A stretch of DNA of 64,000 bases from Williopsis jadinii. Lineage: Eukaryota. Below are positions 53,574-64,000 of this stretch, piece after piece (the first letter of the stretch is position 1; each line of letters opens with the position of its first letter). The position numbers and the translations under genes were made by a program. The stretch spans positions 1,736,001-1,800,000 of the forward strand of contig AP024664.1 of assembly GCA_024346625.1 (NCBI GenBank), written 5' to 3'. The notes beneath the pieces are model-generated. The model was given only the letters and a program-made list of their open reading frames with translations, was not told the origin of the DNA and ran no database searches.

Positions 53574-55580
53574 CTAAGACATACCCCAACCAATACACAG
53601 TAAAGGAAACAGTACTCCAATCATGGTCACGAAAGTAATTGAAGAGACGAAAGAGGAACCTGCTCCACTCTCCAAGGTGACATCAACTGTCGGACTTGGT
53701 TTTGTTGAAGCTTGGGTTGATAGAGGTAGAGAAGTAGATGATGCTTCTTGAGAGCTTGCTGAACTCAAGTTCAAATCATCAAAAGTACTTGGATAGACTC
53801 CTGAAGACATGTTTGCTGTGTCCAGATTCGACGAAGAAGTGTAATTCAAAGACCTGTTGAGAACAACATCATCATCTGTGTATTCTTCACCATTCCAGCA
53901 GTACTCCTGAAAGCACTTCGAGCATTCTTCACTCTGCTCAATACCATTACGTTCTTGCGAGCGACGTATGATAGAGCATCCAACACACTTCTTCCAGTTA
54001 GGGTCAATCGTTAGGTTAAACCTGGTTGCTGCTTCAAACCCATTTTGGATTAGCGCATTCCTCTCCTCGTTGGAGTACGCAACCTTGTAACCGGAAGTAT
54101 TTGACCAGGTGGTGTATGCAACGTTTGGTATATACACCACTAAAGGTGGTACACTGCTTAAGTCTGTCATGTTGGATGCATTGCAACCGAGAAACAAAGG
54201 CTTGGAGTTGAGCTCATGCTTTAAAATCGTTTTCGATGAGGGAACGTATGGAAATGGGAGTCTCTGACCTTGTTCAAGAAATTGACGATCATACGTAGCA
54301 CCTATAGCAGTGCCATTTGGGAAAGTATCCTCTGTATCAAAAGAGTTGTCAAAGGCAAACAGTACATCCACACCACGCTCTGGCAACAGCATTGGAGCCA
54401 AGGGGATATTTTGGAGATCCCAGCCACCATCGACCAAATACAACCCATCATCATCCAAGAGAGACCTTTGTGACCCATGCTCTGATTCACGGAATGGGTT
54501 TGGTTTGTAGACACCAACGTCATAGTATTCATCAAAGTTATCGCCTAAGAAATTGTGGATAGCCTGTGGAGTTAGATTTCCCCAACGACTAGTATTCAGA
54601 GGAAACTCGTTGAAGACATTGGAAGAGGTACCAAGAACGAAACCAACGTTGTCGAATCCTTCGATACAGATGTCACTGACGGGAACACCATTGGAGACAT
54701 TGGACCCCAAGTACTTCAAATCAGTAAATGCAAACAAAGAAGGATCCCAAGAGCCCATTTCAAAGGGATTGAACTCAAAGACTGTTGATTCCAAGCTGAC
54801 ATTCTTGCTATCTGGGTAGCCACTTAGTGCTATGGAGAACGGGAAAGGCATCTCTGCATCTTTGAACGCATCAATGTCCCTCATATCGGAGAATCTCAAG
54901 GATATTCCACCATCATCACCAGTACCGAAAAACTGATATGACATTTGTCTGCCCCACGGATCAGTGAGAGAAGTGTGGAATCCAGCTTCTGCCTTTTCGT
55001 CAACTTGGCTTTTAAGGAGCTTCCAACGCTCCTGAATCAGTGTCAAATTATCACCACCAAAGTGAAGCTTTGGGTTCTCCAGGTTCCAAATCTCGTCTGA
55101 GTCCAACAGATCTGGAACACTTGACCAGTTGTTCATAATCAGCGTGCCAGTGAGCCAATTACCACCGGACAGACCAGACAGATAAGTCGATGCCTGTAGC
55201 AATCCTCCCAAGCCGTGAGCCTCGGCTCCTTCAGTTCTGCTATCCAAAGCAGCGAACTGGCCAGCACCATTGAACATGGCTCTATAACTGCCACCGGAAA
55301 ATGAAAGACCAATATTGATTGATCTGTCCAAAGAGTCGATGAACTCGCCGGCATCAAAGTCCTGTAGGCTCACACCTTCCAGGAAGCGTTTCAGCTCTTG
55401 GTCTGTCCTTTCATGGCGCTTCGTGATCCATTCCTTCTCCATGGAGGAAAGGTCAGCGGCATCTCTGATAAAGCTTGCATTCTCAGGGCATGGCACCTTA
55501 TCTGGGGCATACGAACCTCTGGTGTTCACACCAATGGCAGCACTGGCGAAAGCTGTGAGCAGTATTGTCGACAAAATCAT
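53574..55580 (-). CDS. Phospholipase B / lysophospholipase, secreted and probably GPI-anchored
   Basis: 668 aa; signal peptide, SGGSYRAM, GLSGG nucleophile, LVDGG, Ser/Thr-rich tail and hydrophobic C-terminus. Confidence 0.93.
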   Translation of the reverse strand: MILSTILLTAFASAAIGVNTRGSYAPDKVPCPENASFIRDAADLSSMEKEWITKRHERTDQELKRFLEGVSLQDFDAGEFIDSLDRSINIGLSFSGGSYRAMFNGAGQFAALDSRTEGAEAHGLGGLLQASTYLSGLSGGNWLTGTLIMNNWSSVPDLLDSDEIWNLENPKLHFGGDNLTLIQERWKLLKSQVDEKAEAGFHTSLTDPWGRQMSYQFFGTGDDGGISLRFSDMRDIDAFKDAEMPFPFSIALSGYPDSKNVSLESTVFEFNPFEMGSWDPSLFAFTDLKYLGSNVSNGVPVSDICIEGFDNVGFVLGTSSNVFNEFPLNTSRWGNLTPQAIHNFLGDNFDEYYDVGVYKPNPFRESEHGSQRSLLDDDGLYLVDGGWDLQNIPLAPMLLPERGVDVLFAFDNSFDTEDTFPNGTAIGATYDRQFLEQGQRLPFPYVPSSKTILKHELNSKPLFLGCNASNMTDLSSVPPLVVYIPNVAYTTWSNTSGYKVAYSNEERNALIQNGFEAATRFNLTIDPNWKKCVGCSIIRRSQERNGIEQSEECSKCFQEYCWNGEEYTDDDVVLNRSLNYTSSSNLDTANMSSGVYPSTFDDLNLSSASSQEASSTSLPLSTQASTKPSPTVDVTLESGAGSSFVSSITFVTMIGVLFPLLCIGWGMS

Positions 55581-56701
55581 ACTTCAGTGGTGATGCTTGC
55601 TGAGATCTGACCCACAGCAATTAGGAGCGTTCACAACGCTGGCTTTATATAGACGACTGGAGCATCCATAATTCCACGGTGATTTTGGTGCAAAGTGTGC
55701 TAAATGTGCCTAAAGGTTGAGGGGAGCTCTTCGACACACATTATTCATGGATGCAAGAGGATGGAACTGTCTCCACTTTGCACAGCAGATGACTGCTCAG
55801 TTGCTAGGACAGAAGACACACTGCCGGTTCAACGGGTGAGTGTATTGATGAACAGGTCACTATGGTGGTGAGGGAAAAGTGGAGCTCACGATACTTCTCA
55901 GTGGTGGACCCGAAAAGCTGTTTGGGCGCTGTGGTGTATGGAGTCTAGTTGGTGATGGAGTGCACCATGGTGCACTCCCAGCTACCAACACGCCAAACCT
56001 CTCCCTCTCTCTCCAGGCATACAGATGTCATGAACATGCTCAGCTGAGGTCAGTGGACTAAGTGGAGCACCTTCTCCACGAATATTCAGCGAGTTGTGGA
56101 CCAGCACTGCGTGTGAGTCTGGTCTTCCAGCTCACACATCCACGCTAACAACACCTCCAGAGATCACACACCAACATTGGCGCCCACACACACAATGGAG
56201 AATGATCAGTGTATACGACAAGAGTGAAAAGTAAACAAAGCATCACCTCGGTGATGCGTACAAGAAGTGGTAACCACAGCAGCGGAGCCTGACAATTTCG
56301 CACGCTGTGCTTTTCCGCCAAATCAAACGAATCAGCCTCTTTGGGAAACTTTTCGCTTCCTCAGACGCGAAAAACAACACAAAATGGAAAGGGGAAAGAG
56401 GCAAACGGAAAAAATAAAACACGGCCCTCGGTTTATTTGGCAAGAGCCCATTTCCTGTGCTCTCAAACATTCAGCTCAAGTTTCAACAACATCAACAACA
56501 AATCACCTCAACCTTAGGGGTTAATTCTCAAGACTTGCGCTGTTTTAGGCTCCCAGTATACACGGCGCTCGTATCCTTGTGGACATCTCATCACCGCGGT
56601 GAATCGTCTTAGTTCTTTAGCGAAGGTTTTGAAGCCGCTGTTGACGTCTTGGATCATCGGCAAGTGATAACGGTAGTGTTTGTATACAACGACGGGACAC
56701 A

Positions 56702-59638
56702 ATGTCTGATGAAAGTCATCTGGAAGAGCACATCAAAGAGAAGCGCAGTGTGCGTATGAGGACACGTGCGCTGGTCTGGAACAGCAGGCTGTGTGTGATG
56801 GCGGTGCTGTGTACGGTGATCTTTGTTTCCATAGCGGTTCTCCAGTGCATTGGGATAGCATTCTTCACGAAGGGATTCTTGTTATCCCGGCAAGTGCTGG
56901 ACAACTACTCCACCGTGGCGGATGATATATACGAGGGCGTTTCGTCGCTGCGTAACTTCGACAAGGCCATCGTCGTGATCATCGATGCTCTGAGGTTTGA
57001 CTTTGTGATACCTGACGAGGGCTCCAGTAAGCCCTACCATAACAACATACGTCTACCGTATGAACTGACACAGCAGTACCCTGAGAACTCTGTGCTGCTG
57101 AAATTCATGGCGGACCCTCCAACCACGACGTTACAGAGGCTGAAGGGGTTGACAACGGGATCTCTTCCGACGTTTGTCGATGCAGGGTCGAACTTTGACG
57201 GCGACGTGATCGAAGAGGACAACCTCATCAAGCAATTGTATCACAACAATAGATCCATAACGTTTGTCGGCGATGACACGTGGAAGGCGCTCTTTGGTCC
57301 CTTCCTGAACACGTCGTACCCATATGATTCGTTGAATGTGTGGGACTTGCATACCGTGGATAACGGGGTAATTGACCATTTCGGACCACTTCTTCAGAGC
57401 GAGCAGCAGAAATCATGGGACGTTCTAATAGGTCATTTATTGGGCGTGGATCACTGTGGCCATAGGTATGGGCCAGATCATTATGCCATGGCTGAGAAAC
57501 AGCAGCAGATGGATTCTTTTCTACAGAGCATTGTCGATTCTATGGATGATGATACGCTGCTGATTGTGCTCGGTGATCACGGTATGGATAGAACAGGTAA
57601 CCATGGTGGTGACTCTGCAGAAGAACTTGAGGCTGCACTTTGGTTATACTCAAAGAAAAGGGCATTCCATCAGCTGCAGAACAAAGATTCTTATGACATC
57701 AGAAGAAATGGAGCCAATTATAGAAAGGTCAATCAGATCGATTTGGTTCCTACGTTTTCACTGTTACTGGGCATTCCGGTTCCATTCAACAACCTTGGTG
57801 CGCCAATTGAGGAGGCATTTGCTGAGCCTTCATTGTATCTGAAAGCTGCAAAGTATACACTCGAACAGATACATCGTTATAGACAACACTCCACGTCACT
57901 AATGGATGATGAACTCATTAATTCAAAGTTCAAACAGGCCCAAGAGTCCTGTACAGATGAAAACTTTTCTCAGCTTTTCCAAGATTACCAAAATGCATCA
58001 CTTGAGAGATGTAAAGATTTATGGGCTAGATTTGATATGATCAGTATTGTTGTTGGGATTGTTCTCATTTTCTTATCGATTATCATCTTAATCGTTTACT
58101 TCAAAATGATCCCAAGTGTGGTGATGACACAACTCTCAGAGGAAATAGTCCCCTCAATAATAGCAATGACGTCGCTCCTGACTGTTATTGCAATTTCAAT
58201 CTCATTGATTTTAAAACCTTCATTCATGACATTGCCTTGGTGTACGATGTTGGGTGCAGCACTTGGGATTGTCTTTGGGTTTGCTGTTCCAATATTTGAT
58301 CGATACAGTTGGATATGGTTGTTTTATTCCTTCTTGGATAGATTTGGGGGATTTTGGACATTAGTTGCCTTGTTCTTCTCATTCCTGCATTTGGCTATAT
58401 TCGCATCTAACTCGTTTACAATTTGGGAAGATCGCATTTTGGGCTACCTTCTAACCACTTTTGGTATATTGGCTGCCTGGAAATCATCGCTTGCTGACTC
58501 GTCGGTTAAGAGAATCATGGGTATATACCACTCCGTGTCATTTATGGTGATCACAAGGTTGGCTTCGTTGATCACAATTTGTCGTGAGGAGCAGGGAACA
58601 ATGTGTACACCAAACTATGACGTTTCTTCTTGGACTATCGTGATGCTCTTCATACAAACATTCGTGTTCCCATCTATTATCAAAGCATTTTACGACATAT
58701 CTGGCTCATATCAGAGTGCAGCACCAACGTGGAACAGAGTTTTCAGACTTATTCTTCTGAGTATTGCGCTCTATTGGGGTCTTGAATGGTTTGAACGTCA
58801 TCAATACGAGTTGACGTATGATTTCGTCAAGCGCATCAGTCTCTCCTCAGTGCACACAACAAAGTTCACCTTGGCTCGTATCATTGCCGGTACAACACTG
58901 GTTGCGGCCAATGTTGGATGGTCAAGAGGTCCTCTGTGTGTGGGACTTGATGTTAAAAACCGTGAAACGAAAGAAGTTGTAATCCTTGGTTACCAAAACG
59001 TTTACGGATCGCAATACTTCCTTTTAATGATGAACATTATAGCGAGCGTCATGCTGTTCACCAAGCCGATGGGCCAATTTGCCATATTTTTGATGGTTTA
59101 CCAGCTATTATCCTTTGTTGAGCTTGTTGACATTCTTGAAATACGCTCCAACTTGATCTCGCCAGTAATCGTTGGGCTTCTCGGGTGGTTCTATTTCTTC
59201 TCTACGGGGCACCAAGCAACGATTGCCTCGATCCAATGGGAGCTGGGATTCACACTTGTCGACACCATCGTGTTCCCATTCTCACACATCCCAATCTTCC
59301 TGAACACATTTGCATCCTTCCTCATCGCTACAGCTGCTATTGCTCTTGTCACCATATGGAAAATCCCACCAAGCACAAAGCCAGTCGCCCTCTATGCCAA
59401 GATAATCGAAAACTGTGGTACACTGCTCGCTTATCAATCAGTGATCACGCTAAGCACGTTGATCTTTGCCACAGTTTTCAGAAGACACTTGATGGTTTGG
59501 AAGATCTTTGCACCAAGGTTTATGATTGCAGGCCTGGTACAGATCGTCGTTAACGTTGTACTTATTCTGATCCCTGTCGGCTTTGCAAGCGGGAAACTCA
59601 TAATACAGATCAACAGGATCTTTGGGAAGGGATCCTGA
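56702..59638 (+). CDS. GPI13: GPI ethanolamine-phosphate transferase 3
   Basis: 978 aa; IIDALRFDF, ADPPTTTLQRLKGLTTGSLPTF, HLLGVDHCGH and RRHLMVWKIFAPRF. Confidence 0.95.
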   Translation: MSDESHLEEHIKEKRSVRMRTRALVWNSRLCVMAVLCTVIFVSIAVLQCIGIAFFTKGFLLSRQVLDNYSTVADDIYEGVSSLRNFDKAIVVIIDALRFDFVIPDEGSSKPYHNNIRLPYELTQQYPENSVLLKFMADPPTTTLQRLKGLTTGSLPTFVDAGSNFDGDVIEEDNLIKQLYHNNRSITFVGDDTWKALFGPFLNTSYPYDSLNVWDLHTVDNGVIDHFGPLLQSEQQKSWDVLIGHLLGVDHCGHRYGPDHYAMAEKQQQMDSFLQSIVDSMDDDTLLIVLGDHGMDRTGNHGGDSAEELEAALWLYSKKRAFHQLQNKDSYDIRRNGANYRKVNQIDLVPTFSLLLGIPVPFNNLGAPIEEAFAEPSLYLKAAKYTLEQIHRYRQHSTSLMDDELINSKFKQAQESCTDENFSQLFQDYQNASLERCKDLWARFDMISIVVGIVLIFLSIIILIVYFKMIPSVVMTQLSEEIVPSIIAMTSLLTVIAISISLILKPSFMTLPWCTMLGAALGIVFGFAVPIFDRYSWIWLFYSFLDRFGGFWTLVALFFSFLHLAIFASNSFTIWEDRILGYLLTTFGILAAWKSSLADSSVKRIMGIYHSVSFMVITRLASLITICREEQGTMCTPNYDVSSWTIVMLFIQTFVFPSIIKAFYDISGSYQSAAPTWNRVFRLILLSIALYWGLEWFERHQYELTYDFVKRISLSSVHTTKFTLARIIAGTTLVAANVGWSRGPLCVGLDVKNRETKEVVILGYQNVYGSQYFLLMMNIIASVMLFTKPMGQFAIFLMVYQLLSFVELVDILEIRSNLISPVIVGLLGWFYFFSTGHQATIASIQWELGFTLVDTIVFPFSHIPIFLNTFASFLIATAAIALVTIWKIPPSTKPVALYAKIIENCGTLLAYQSVITLSTLIFATVFRRHLMVWKIFAPRFMIAGLVQIVVNVVLILIPVGFASGKLIIQINRIFGKGS

Positions 59639-59903
59639 ACCAAACTCATCATATAAAACACTTGCATTGGACGAACAAGACCACAGAGTTATCTACGTGT
59701 ATTAATATAGAAAGAGAGCTCTTCTTTAAGTACTTTTTGGTAGGCGCACTAAATCAACATCCAGAGATTTTGTGTTTTTCGCGAATTTGTCCCTTTTTTG
59801 GCGCCGGGACAAAAATGTTCACTTGTCCCCTTAAAACTGTCCGTCAAAACAAAAAGGGACACAGCTTTGGCCTCAGCAAGTAAAGCAGAACAAAACAGAA
59901 AGC

Positions 59904-60185
59904 ATGTCTTCAGGTTACGGTTTCTCAGGAGGTACAGGTCGCTGCTTCAACGTGTGGCAAAACTTCATGGAGTGCTACACAAACAGTGATACCAAACATC
60001 CACGTGAGTGCACACCATTGGCTGATGATTACTTTGAGTGTCTCCACAGACCAAAGGAGAAGGCTCGTGCTGAGAAGATCAGGGCCGAGTATGTGAAGCA
60101 ACTCAAGGGTGAGAACAGCGAGAAGGCTGTTGGTATCACGGTTAAGAAGGACTCTCAGCCAGAGGCCCTTGGACTTGTGAATTGA
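59904..60185 (+). CDS. NADH:ubiquinone oxidoreductase accessory subunit (NDUFS5/NIPM-like)
   Basis: 93 aa; MSSGYGFSGGTGRCF..W..FMECY and ECTPLADDYFECLH twin CX9C pattern. Confidence 0.85.
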   Translation: MSSGYGFSGGTGRCFNVWQNFMECYTNSDTKHPRECTPLADDYFECLHRPKEKARAEKIRAEYVKQLKGENSEKAVGITVKKDSQPEALGLVN

Positions 60186-60358
60186 TTTTGTCGAAGCGCA
60201 GCACTTACTCCCATACATACGTTTTAACTGTCTTCACTATTTATTATTAGAGAATCTAGGTGTATTCACACGCGATGGTCTCTCGTGACTTATTTATTTA
60301 CAGTTTGCAATCTTCGAAACTACTATATTTATTCTTTTAAGAGAACACATTCTTTCTA

Positions 60359-62701
60359 TCACACGTATGCTAACATTTTTCTGACGGCATCTCTAACCTT
60401 GTAGAACAGGTCACCGGGCAACCCGTCCACAATGACATCTCCATCACTGATCTTTCTGATGGCAACGGTGTCGTCTATCACCAAGGTACCTTCACCTTTG
60501 AATTCCACTTTGTGCGTGAGCGAAAGTGTCTTCTTCAACTCAGACAGTCTGACATCACCAATGGCTAAAGGAGCAGCTCTCACGTTACTCAACAAGCTCG
60601 ACTGTTCTAGTGGCACAAGAACCAGGTCATCGTTGACGTTCTGGGTAGTCTCATCTTCTTGTCCTTCGCCGTCAACGTCCTTCATCTCAGTGTCACCATC
60701 GCCCTGTTGGTCTGCTTTCTTAAGATCCTCCTTGGTCTTCACCTCACCAATGACGTGTGCAACGTTGAATCCTCCAGCAATCTTTTGCCATTTTAGTTTG
60801 GAGGAGAGAGAATCATCAAGTACAATGTCAAATGACTGAAGCTTGTTGTCAGAACGGTATTCCTCGTTTGCATGTGTCACAACAACTTCAAACTTGTTGT
60901 GCTTTTGTAGCATGTTTGCAACCTTGTCTAGGTTATCCACATCTGACAAATCAGATATCAGGAAAACAGCCTTAGGTTTAAGTGCTGGAAGAATGAGAGA
61001 TAGAGATCTCAAGTCAACAAGACCGGCAAGGTCGATGTAAGATAGAACGCATCTTGCAGGCACCAGAAGAGATGTGATGTGTCTTTTCACTGGTTCGTGC
61101 AATGCATCCAGATTCGACACATCGTCTTGTTTTTTTCCCTCATTCCATTTATTCTTCTCACCAAGCTTCATCTTCTGTGTCTCCTTCTTCTTCAGTTTGT
61201 TGACATCTTTCTCTTCTTCTCTCGCGTAATCTGCATGGTCTATTATGATACCATAATCACTGATCTTATTCTTTGATGGAAGATAAGGAAACATTCTTGC
61301 ACGTCCTTTAGCGTTTCTGACATCCATATCAACAGGTACATGATCCTCTTTCTTGGTCTTTGGCTCTAGAATATCATCTTCATCCTCGGATTCAGACTCC
61401 TCATCCTCCTCGAACTTTGTTGCAACTTTCTCGGATTCTTTGTTCTTCTTCCGTTGCTCTCTTTCTGGACGCCTAGTCTTCACGGTTTGTTCATAAGCGG
61501 CAAGTTCATCTCCAACCAATCTTTCCTCTCTGATATCAACAATCTGCAACTTCTTCTCCAATGGGATAGGCGTACCTTCATCTGTAGACCCCGTCTTGTC
61601 CTTAACAGTTGAAAACCAAGTCTTATACAAGTCATTACCTATGGACCCTTCTAGTGGTCTCTCTGTCAGGATGATTGATGTCTTTTGATCAGTGCACAGG
61701 TTAAACAAAGCTGCTTGGGCCTCTGTACCATTTTCAAACCCTGAGCCTGATGCAAACACAACTTTTGCACCTGGCATGCTTAAGAGCTCTGAGGGTTTAA
61801 CAACTTGAACCCTTGAAGCATCGAATGGTGCCTGACCTCTTGATTCCCATTCCTTGATCACTGCTGGTGCCATCCATTCGAGCATGCTACCGGCATAGGT
61901 CAAACTTCTTGCCTTGGCGTGAGCCACGAGCAACACTGGGATAGGCGCACTTTGCAAATGTTCATCAATAAGGTGGATAAGTTCCAGCATACGGCCACCT
62001 ATAGATGTTGGCAGCAACACTGTACCACCCATTCCTAGTGTAGCATCGACAAGCTCAAAGAATTTATCAACACGTTTCTTGTGAGATAACGGAGAACCAA
62101 TCGTAGCAGAGGTTATGACCACAGACGGCCTTAAGAGCGCTGGGTTCTGTAGCATCTCAGCACCGTTCAAGAAAGAATCCTTGGAGTGGTTCCATTCCGG
62201 AGCGTATATCACTTTTTCAGAGTTCTTATCCAATACCCATATTGTACCACCAAGGGTGTGACCGGAGTTGATCGCCGTGATTGTCAGCCCATCACACTTG
62301 GCTCTCAGATCTGTCACCTGAGAGTGCTTCACGGTGATGATCTTGTCAAATGCCTCCTCAACGTCACTCAGCTCGAACTGTGTTCCCTCGATAGGACCAA
62401 TGATGCCGGCAGCTCTATACAGATCAATGGTTGCCACTCTTCCAAGATTACAGGTCGGTAGAGTAGCATAAACAGGCTTGTTCAGGTCATGGAACGCCAG
62501 CCATGCGTAAGCACCAAGAAACTCGGTGGTCGGCTGCGATAGTAAGACTATGTCCACCGTGTTGGCGACATCTTTCAAGTACTGTAAATCAGAGGCACCA
62601 TCCCAGCCTGGATCTGCTAGTATCCTCACACCGTCAAACTCCATGATGGAAGCTCGCGAGGCCGATCCTTTTGGAGTGATGGGCGTATATATGAACGACA
62701 T
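60359..62701 (-). CDS. CFT2: Cleavage and polyadenylation factor subunit CPSF100
   Basis: 780 aa; ILADPGW, NSGHTLGGTIW, YAPEWNHSKDSFLNG, MLEWM and the C-terminal LAIGDVRL...EFKGEGTLV segment. Confidence 0.93.
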   Translation of the reverse strand: MSFIYTPITPKGSASRASIMEFDGVRILADPGWDGASDLQYLKDVANTVDIVLLSQPTTEFLGAYAWLAFHDLNKPVYATLPTCNLGRVATIDLYRAAGIIGPIEGTQFELSDVEEAFDKIITVKHSQVTDLRAKCDGLTITAINSGHTLGGTIWVLDKNSEKVIYAPEWNHSKDSFLNGAEMLQNPALLRPSVVITSATIGSPLSHKKRVDKFFELVDATLGMGGTVLLPTSIGGRMLELIHLIDEHLQSAPIPVLLVAHAKARSLTYAGSMLEWMAPAVIKEWESRGQAPFDASRVQVVKPSELLSMPGAKVVFASGSGFENGTEAQAALFNLCTDQKTSIILTERPLEGSIGNDLYKTWFSTVKDKTGSTDEGTPIPLEKKLQIVDIREERLVGDELAAYEQTVKTRRPEREQRKKNKESEKVATKFEEDEESESEDEDDILEPKTKKEDHVPVDMDVRNAKGRARMFPYLPSKNKISDYGIIIDHADYAREEEKDVNKLKKKETQKMKLGEKNKWNEGKKQDDVSNLDALHEPVKRHITSLLVPARCVLSYIDLAGLVDLRSLSLILPALKPKAVFLISDLSDVDNLDKVANMLQKHNKFEVVVTHANEEYRSDNKLQSFDIVLDDSLSSKLKWQKIAGGFNVAHVIGEVKTKEDLKKADQQGDGDTEMKDVDGEGQEDETTQNVNDDLVLVPLEQSSLLSNVRAAPLAIGDVRLSELKKTLSLTHKVEFKGEGTLVIDDTVAIRKISDGDVIVDGLPGDLFYKVRDAVRKMLAYV

Positions 62702-63039
62702 GCTTAGATAACACTGTCTTCCCTCCGCTTTCTAGCCGCTGGAGAATTATTTCTGCCGCCGCTGTGCTTTGTTGTTTACGCTTACACTGAATTTTCTGTT
62801 GATGTTCGCGGGCTCGAGCAGCTAACGAAAATGCCTTCAAAGACGGTCGAACTACTGGAAAATATGACCCAATTGGCTTATGAAACGAGCCTTTTGATGA
62901 TGAGATTGATATTCAGGGTGGATAGTGGCTTGGATTATGTAACTGATTGTGAAAAAAGAGTCCAATTGTGGTTATAACTTCAGATTAAACTGTTGATAAT
63001 CGGTCGATGTAGGTGTTTCGCCAAAAAAAAAATAAGGAA

Positions 63040-63113
63040 TGATTTCGCCCAGGATCGAACTGGGGACGTTCTGCGTGTTAAGCAGATGCCATGACCAACT
63101 AGACCACGAAACC
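63040..63113 (-). tRNA. tRNA-Val (anticodon AAC)
   Basis: Minus strand GGTTTCGTGGTCTAGTTGGTCATGGCATCTGCTT-AAC-ACGCAGAACGTCCCCAGTTCGATCCTGGGCGAAATCA, followed by oligo-T. Confidence 0.96.
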
Positions 63114-63304
63114 GAATTCCCTGTTGGTCGTTTTTTACGGTTTGTCAAACTAGACGTGAGTAACAACAACTAGTGTCAGAGTACATAAAGCGTAGGTTGA
63201 CCAATACAATGCTGGTGACCAAACGAGAAGAGATGATATGAGTGAGCTACAGAGCTTGTTCTTGTTTCTGTCATTATGAGTGTATTATACAAGTACGCAG
63301 TTCC

Positions 63305-64000
63305 TTATGGCTCCATACTGTGGTCGATTTGGCTCAAGAAATCTTGGTCATCCAAATTCGAATACTGGAAGGCATCGTCCATCATGCCCAGTCCTTGGTC
63401 TGGGAAGTTATCTTGCTTAAAGTCTGAAATTGGATCGTGTTCCCCAAGGGTATCTGTTGCGATGCCGAACTCCGTTTCTGGTAGGAGATGGTGACTGTCG
63501 ACTGGTTCTTCAGGCTGGGCCTGTGATAGCTCTTCCTGTCTCTGCAACTGTTGCTGTTCCTCTTTCTGCTGCAGTTCTCTCTGCTCGAGCTCTCTCTTTT
63601 CTCTCTCCTCCTGTTCTTGCTTCTCCTTCTCCTCCTGTTCTTTTCTCTCCTGCTCAAGACGTGCTTGCTCTTCAGCGGCTACCCTGGCAGCCTCTGCTTC
63701 TTCTTTGGCACGCTTTTCCGCTTCTATTTTAGCCTTCTCCAAGTCCTCCCAATAGGTATCAGGTGCAGCTCTCGTATCAGGATTTATTGCTGGAATCGAC
63801 TTCACTATTTTGGAATTCGATGTGAATCGCTTGTTAAACCTCTCACAGAAAGACTTCTCAATGCTGTCGATCTTATTATCAGAGTCGAAGTCGGTCCCAC
63901 TCGCCAATTTGTCAATCGCGTCCTGTAGGAACCTGTTATCGTCAAAGAGTTTACTAACATCCGCCTCTTCCTTCATGATCTCAATGCTCTTGTCCAATGA
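63305..64000 (-). CDS. 3' part of a gene running off the window; Glu/Lys/Gln coiled coil and acidic C-terminus, unidentified
   Basis: The frame is open to the window edge and the listed start is TTG, so the true start is probably outside the window. Confidence 0.7.
   Translation of the reverse strand, partial: SLDKSIEIMKEEADVSKLFDDNRFLQDAIDKLASGTDFDSDNKIDSIEKSFCERFNKRFTSNSKIVKSIPAINPDTRAAPDTYWEDLEKAKIEAEKRAKEEAEAARVAAEEQARLEQERKEQEEKEKQEQEEREKRELEQRELQQKEEQQQLQRQEELSQAQPEEPVDSHHLLPETEFGIATDTLGEHDPISDFKQDNFPDQGLGMMDDAFQYSNLDDQDFLSQIDHSMEP

Overview
Gene-dense window from a budding yeast (Saccharomycotina) nuclear chromosome. CTG encodes the conserved Leu in the Bud32 HGDLT motif, so this is not a CUG-Ser yeast. 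A complex I subunit and short GTATGT/TACTAAC introns are present, which makes a Phaffomycetaceae-like species plausible (inference only). About 28 protein genes are supported, including AIM9, MES1, BUD32, an MSC6-like PPR gene, ITR1, INH1/STF1, CDC53, LYS20/21, GAA1, ALT1, MSL5, CLF1, RUB1, MTQ2, DOP1, PEX7, a PLB, GPI13 and CFT2, plus three tRNAs (Glu-CTC, Lys-CTT, Val-AAC). Four genes are missed or truncated in the ORF track because of introns, most notably a five-exon RUB1/NEDD8. The most unusual object is a 2.5-kb non-coding insert at 13608-16107. It has CAC...GTG imperfect inverted termini, a TGA direct repeat on both flanks, a perfect 50-bp palindrome, subterminal repeats, an 18-bp tandem array next to a TATA box and two canonical-looking introns. 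It is probably a non-autonomous DNA transposon (CACTA/CMC-like, with a Helitron alternative) that carries its own spliced transcription unit.
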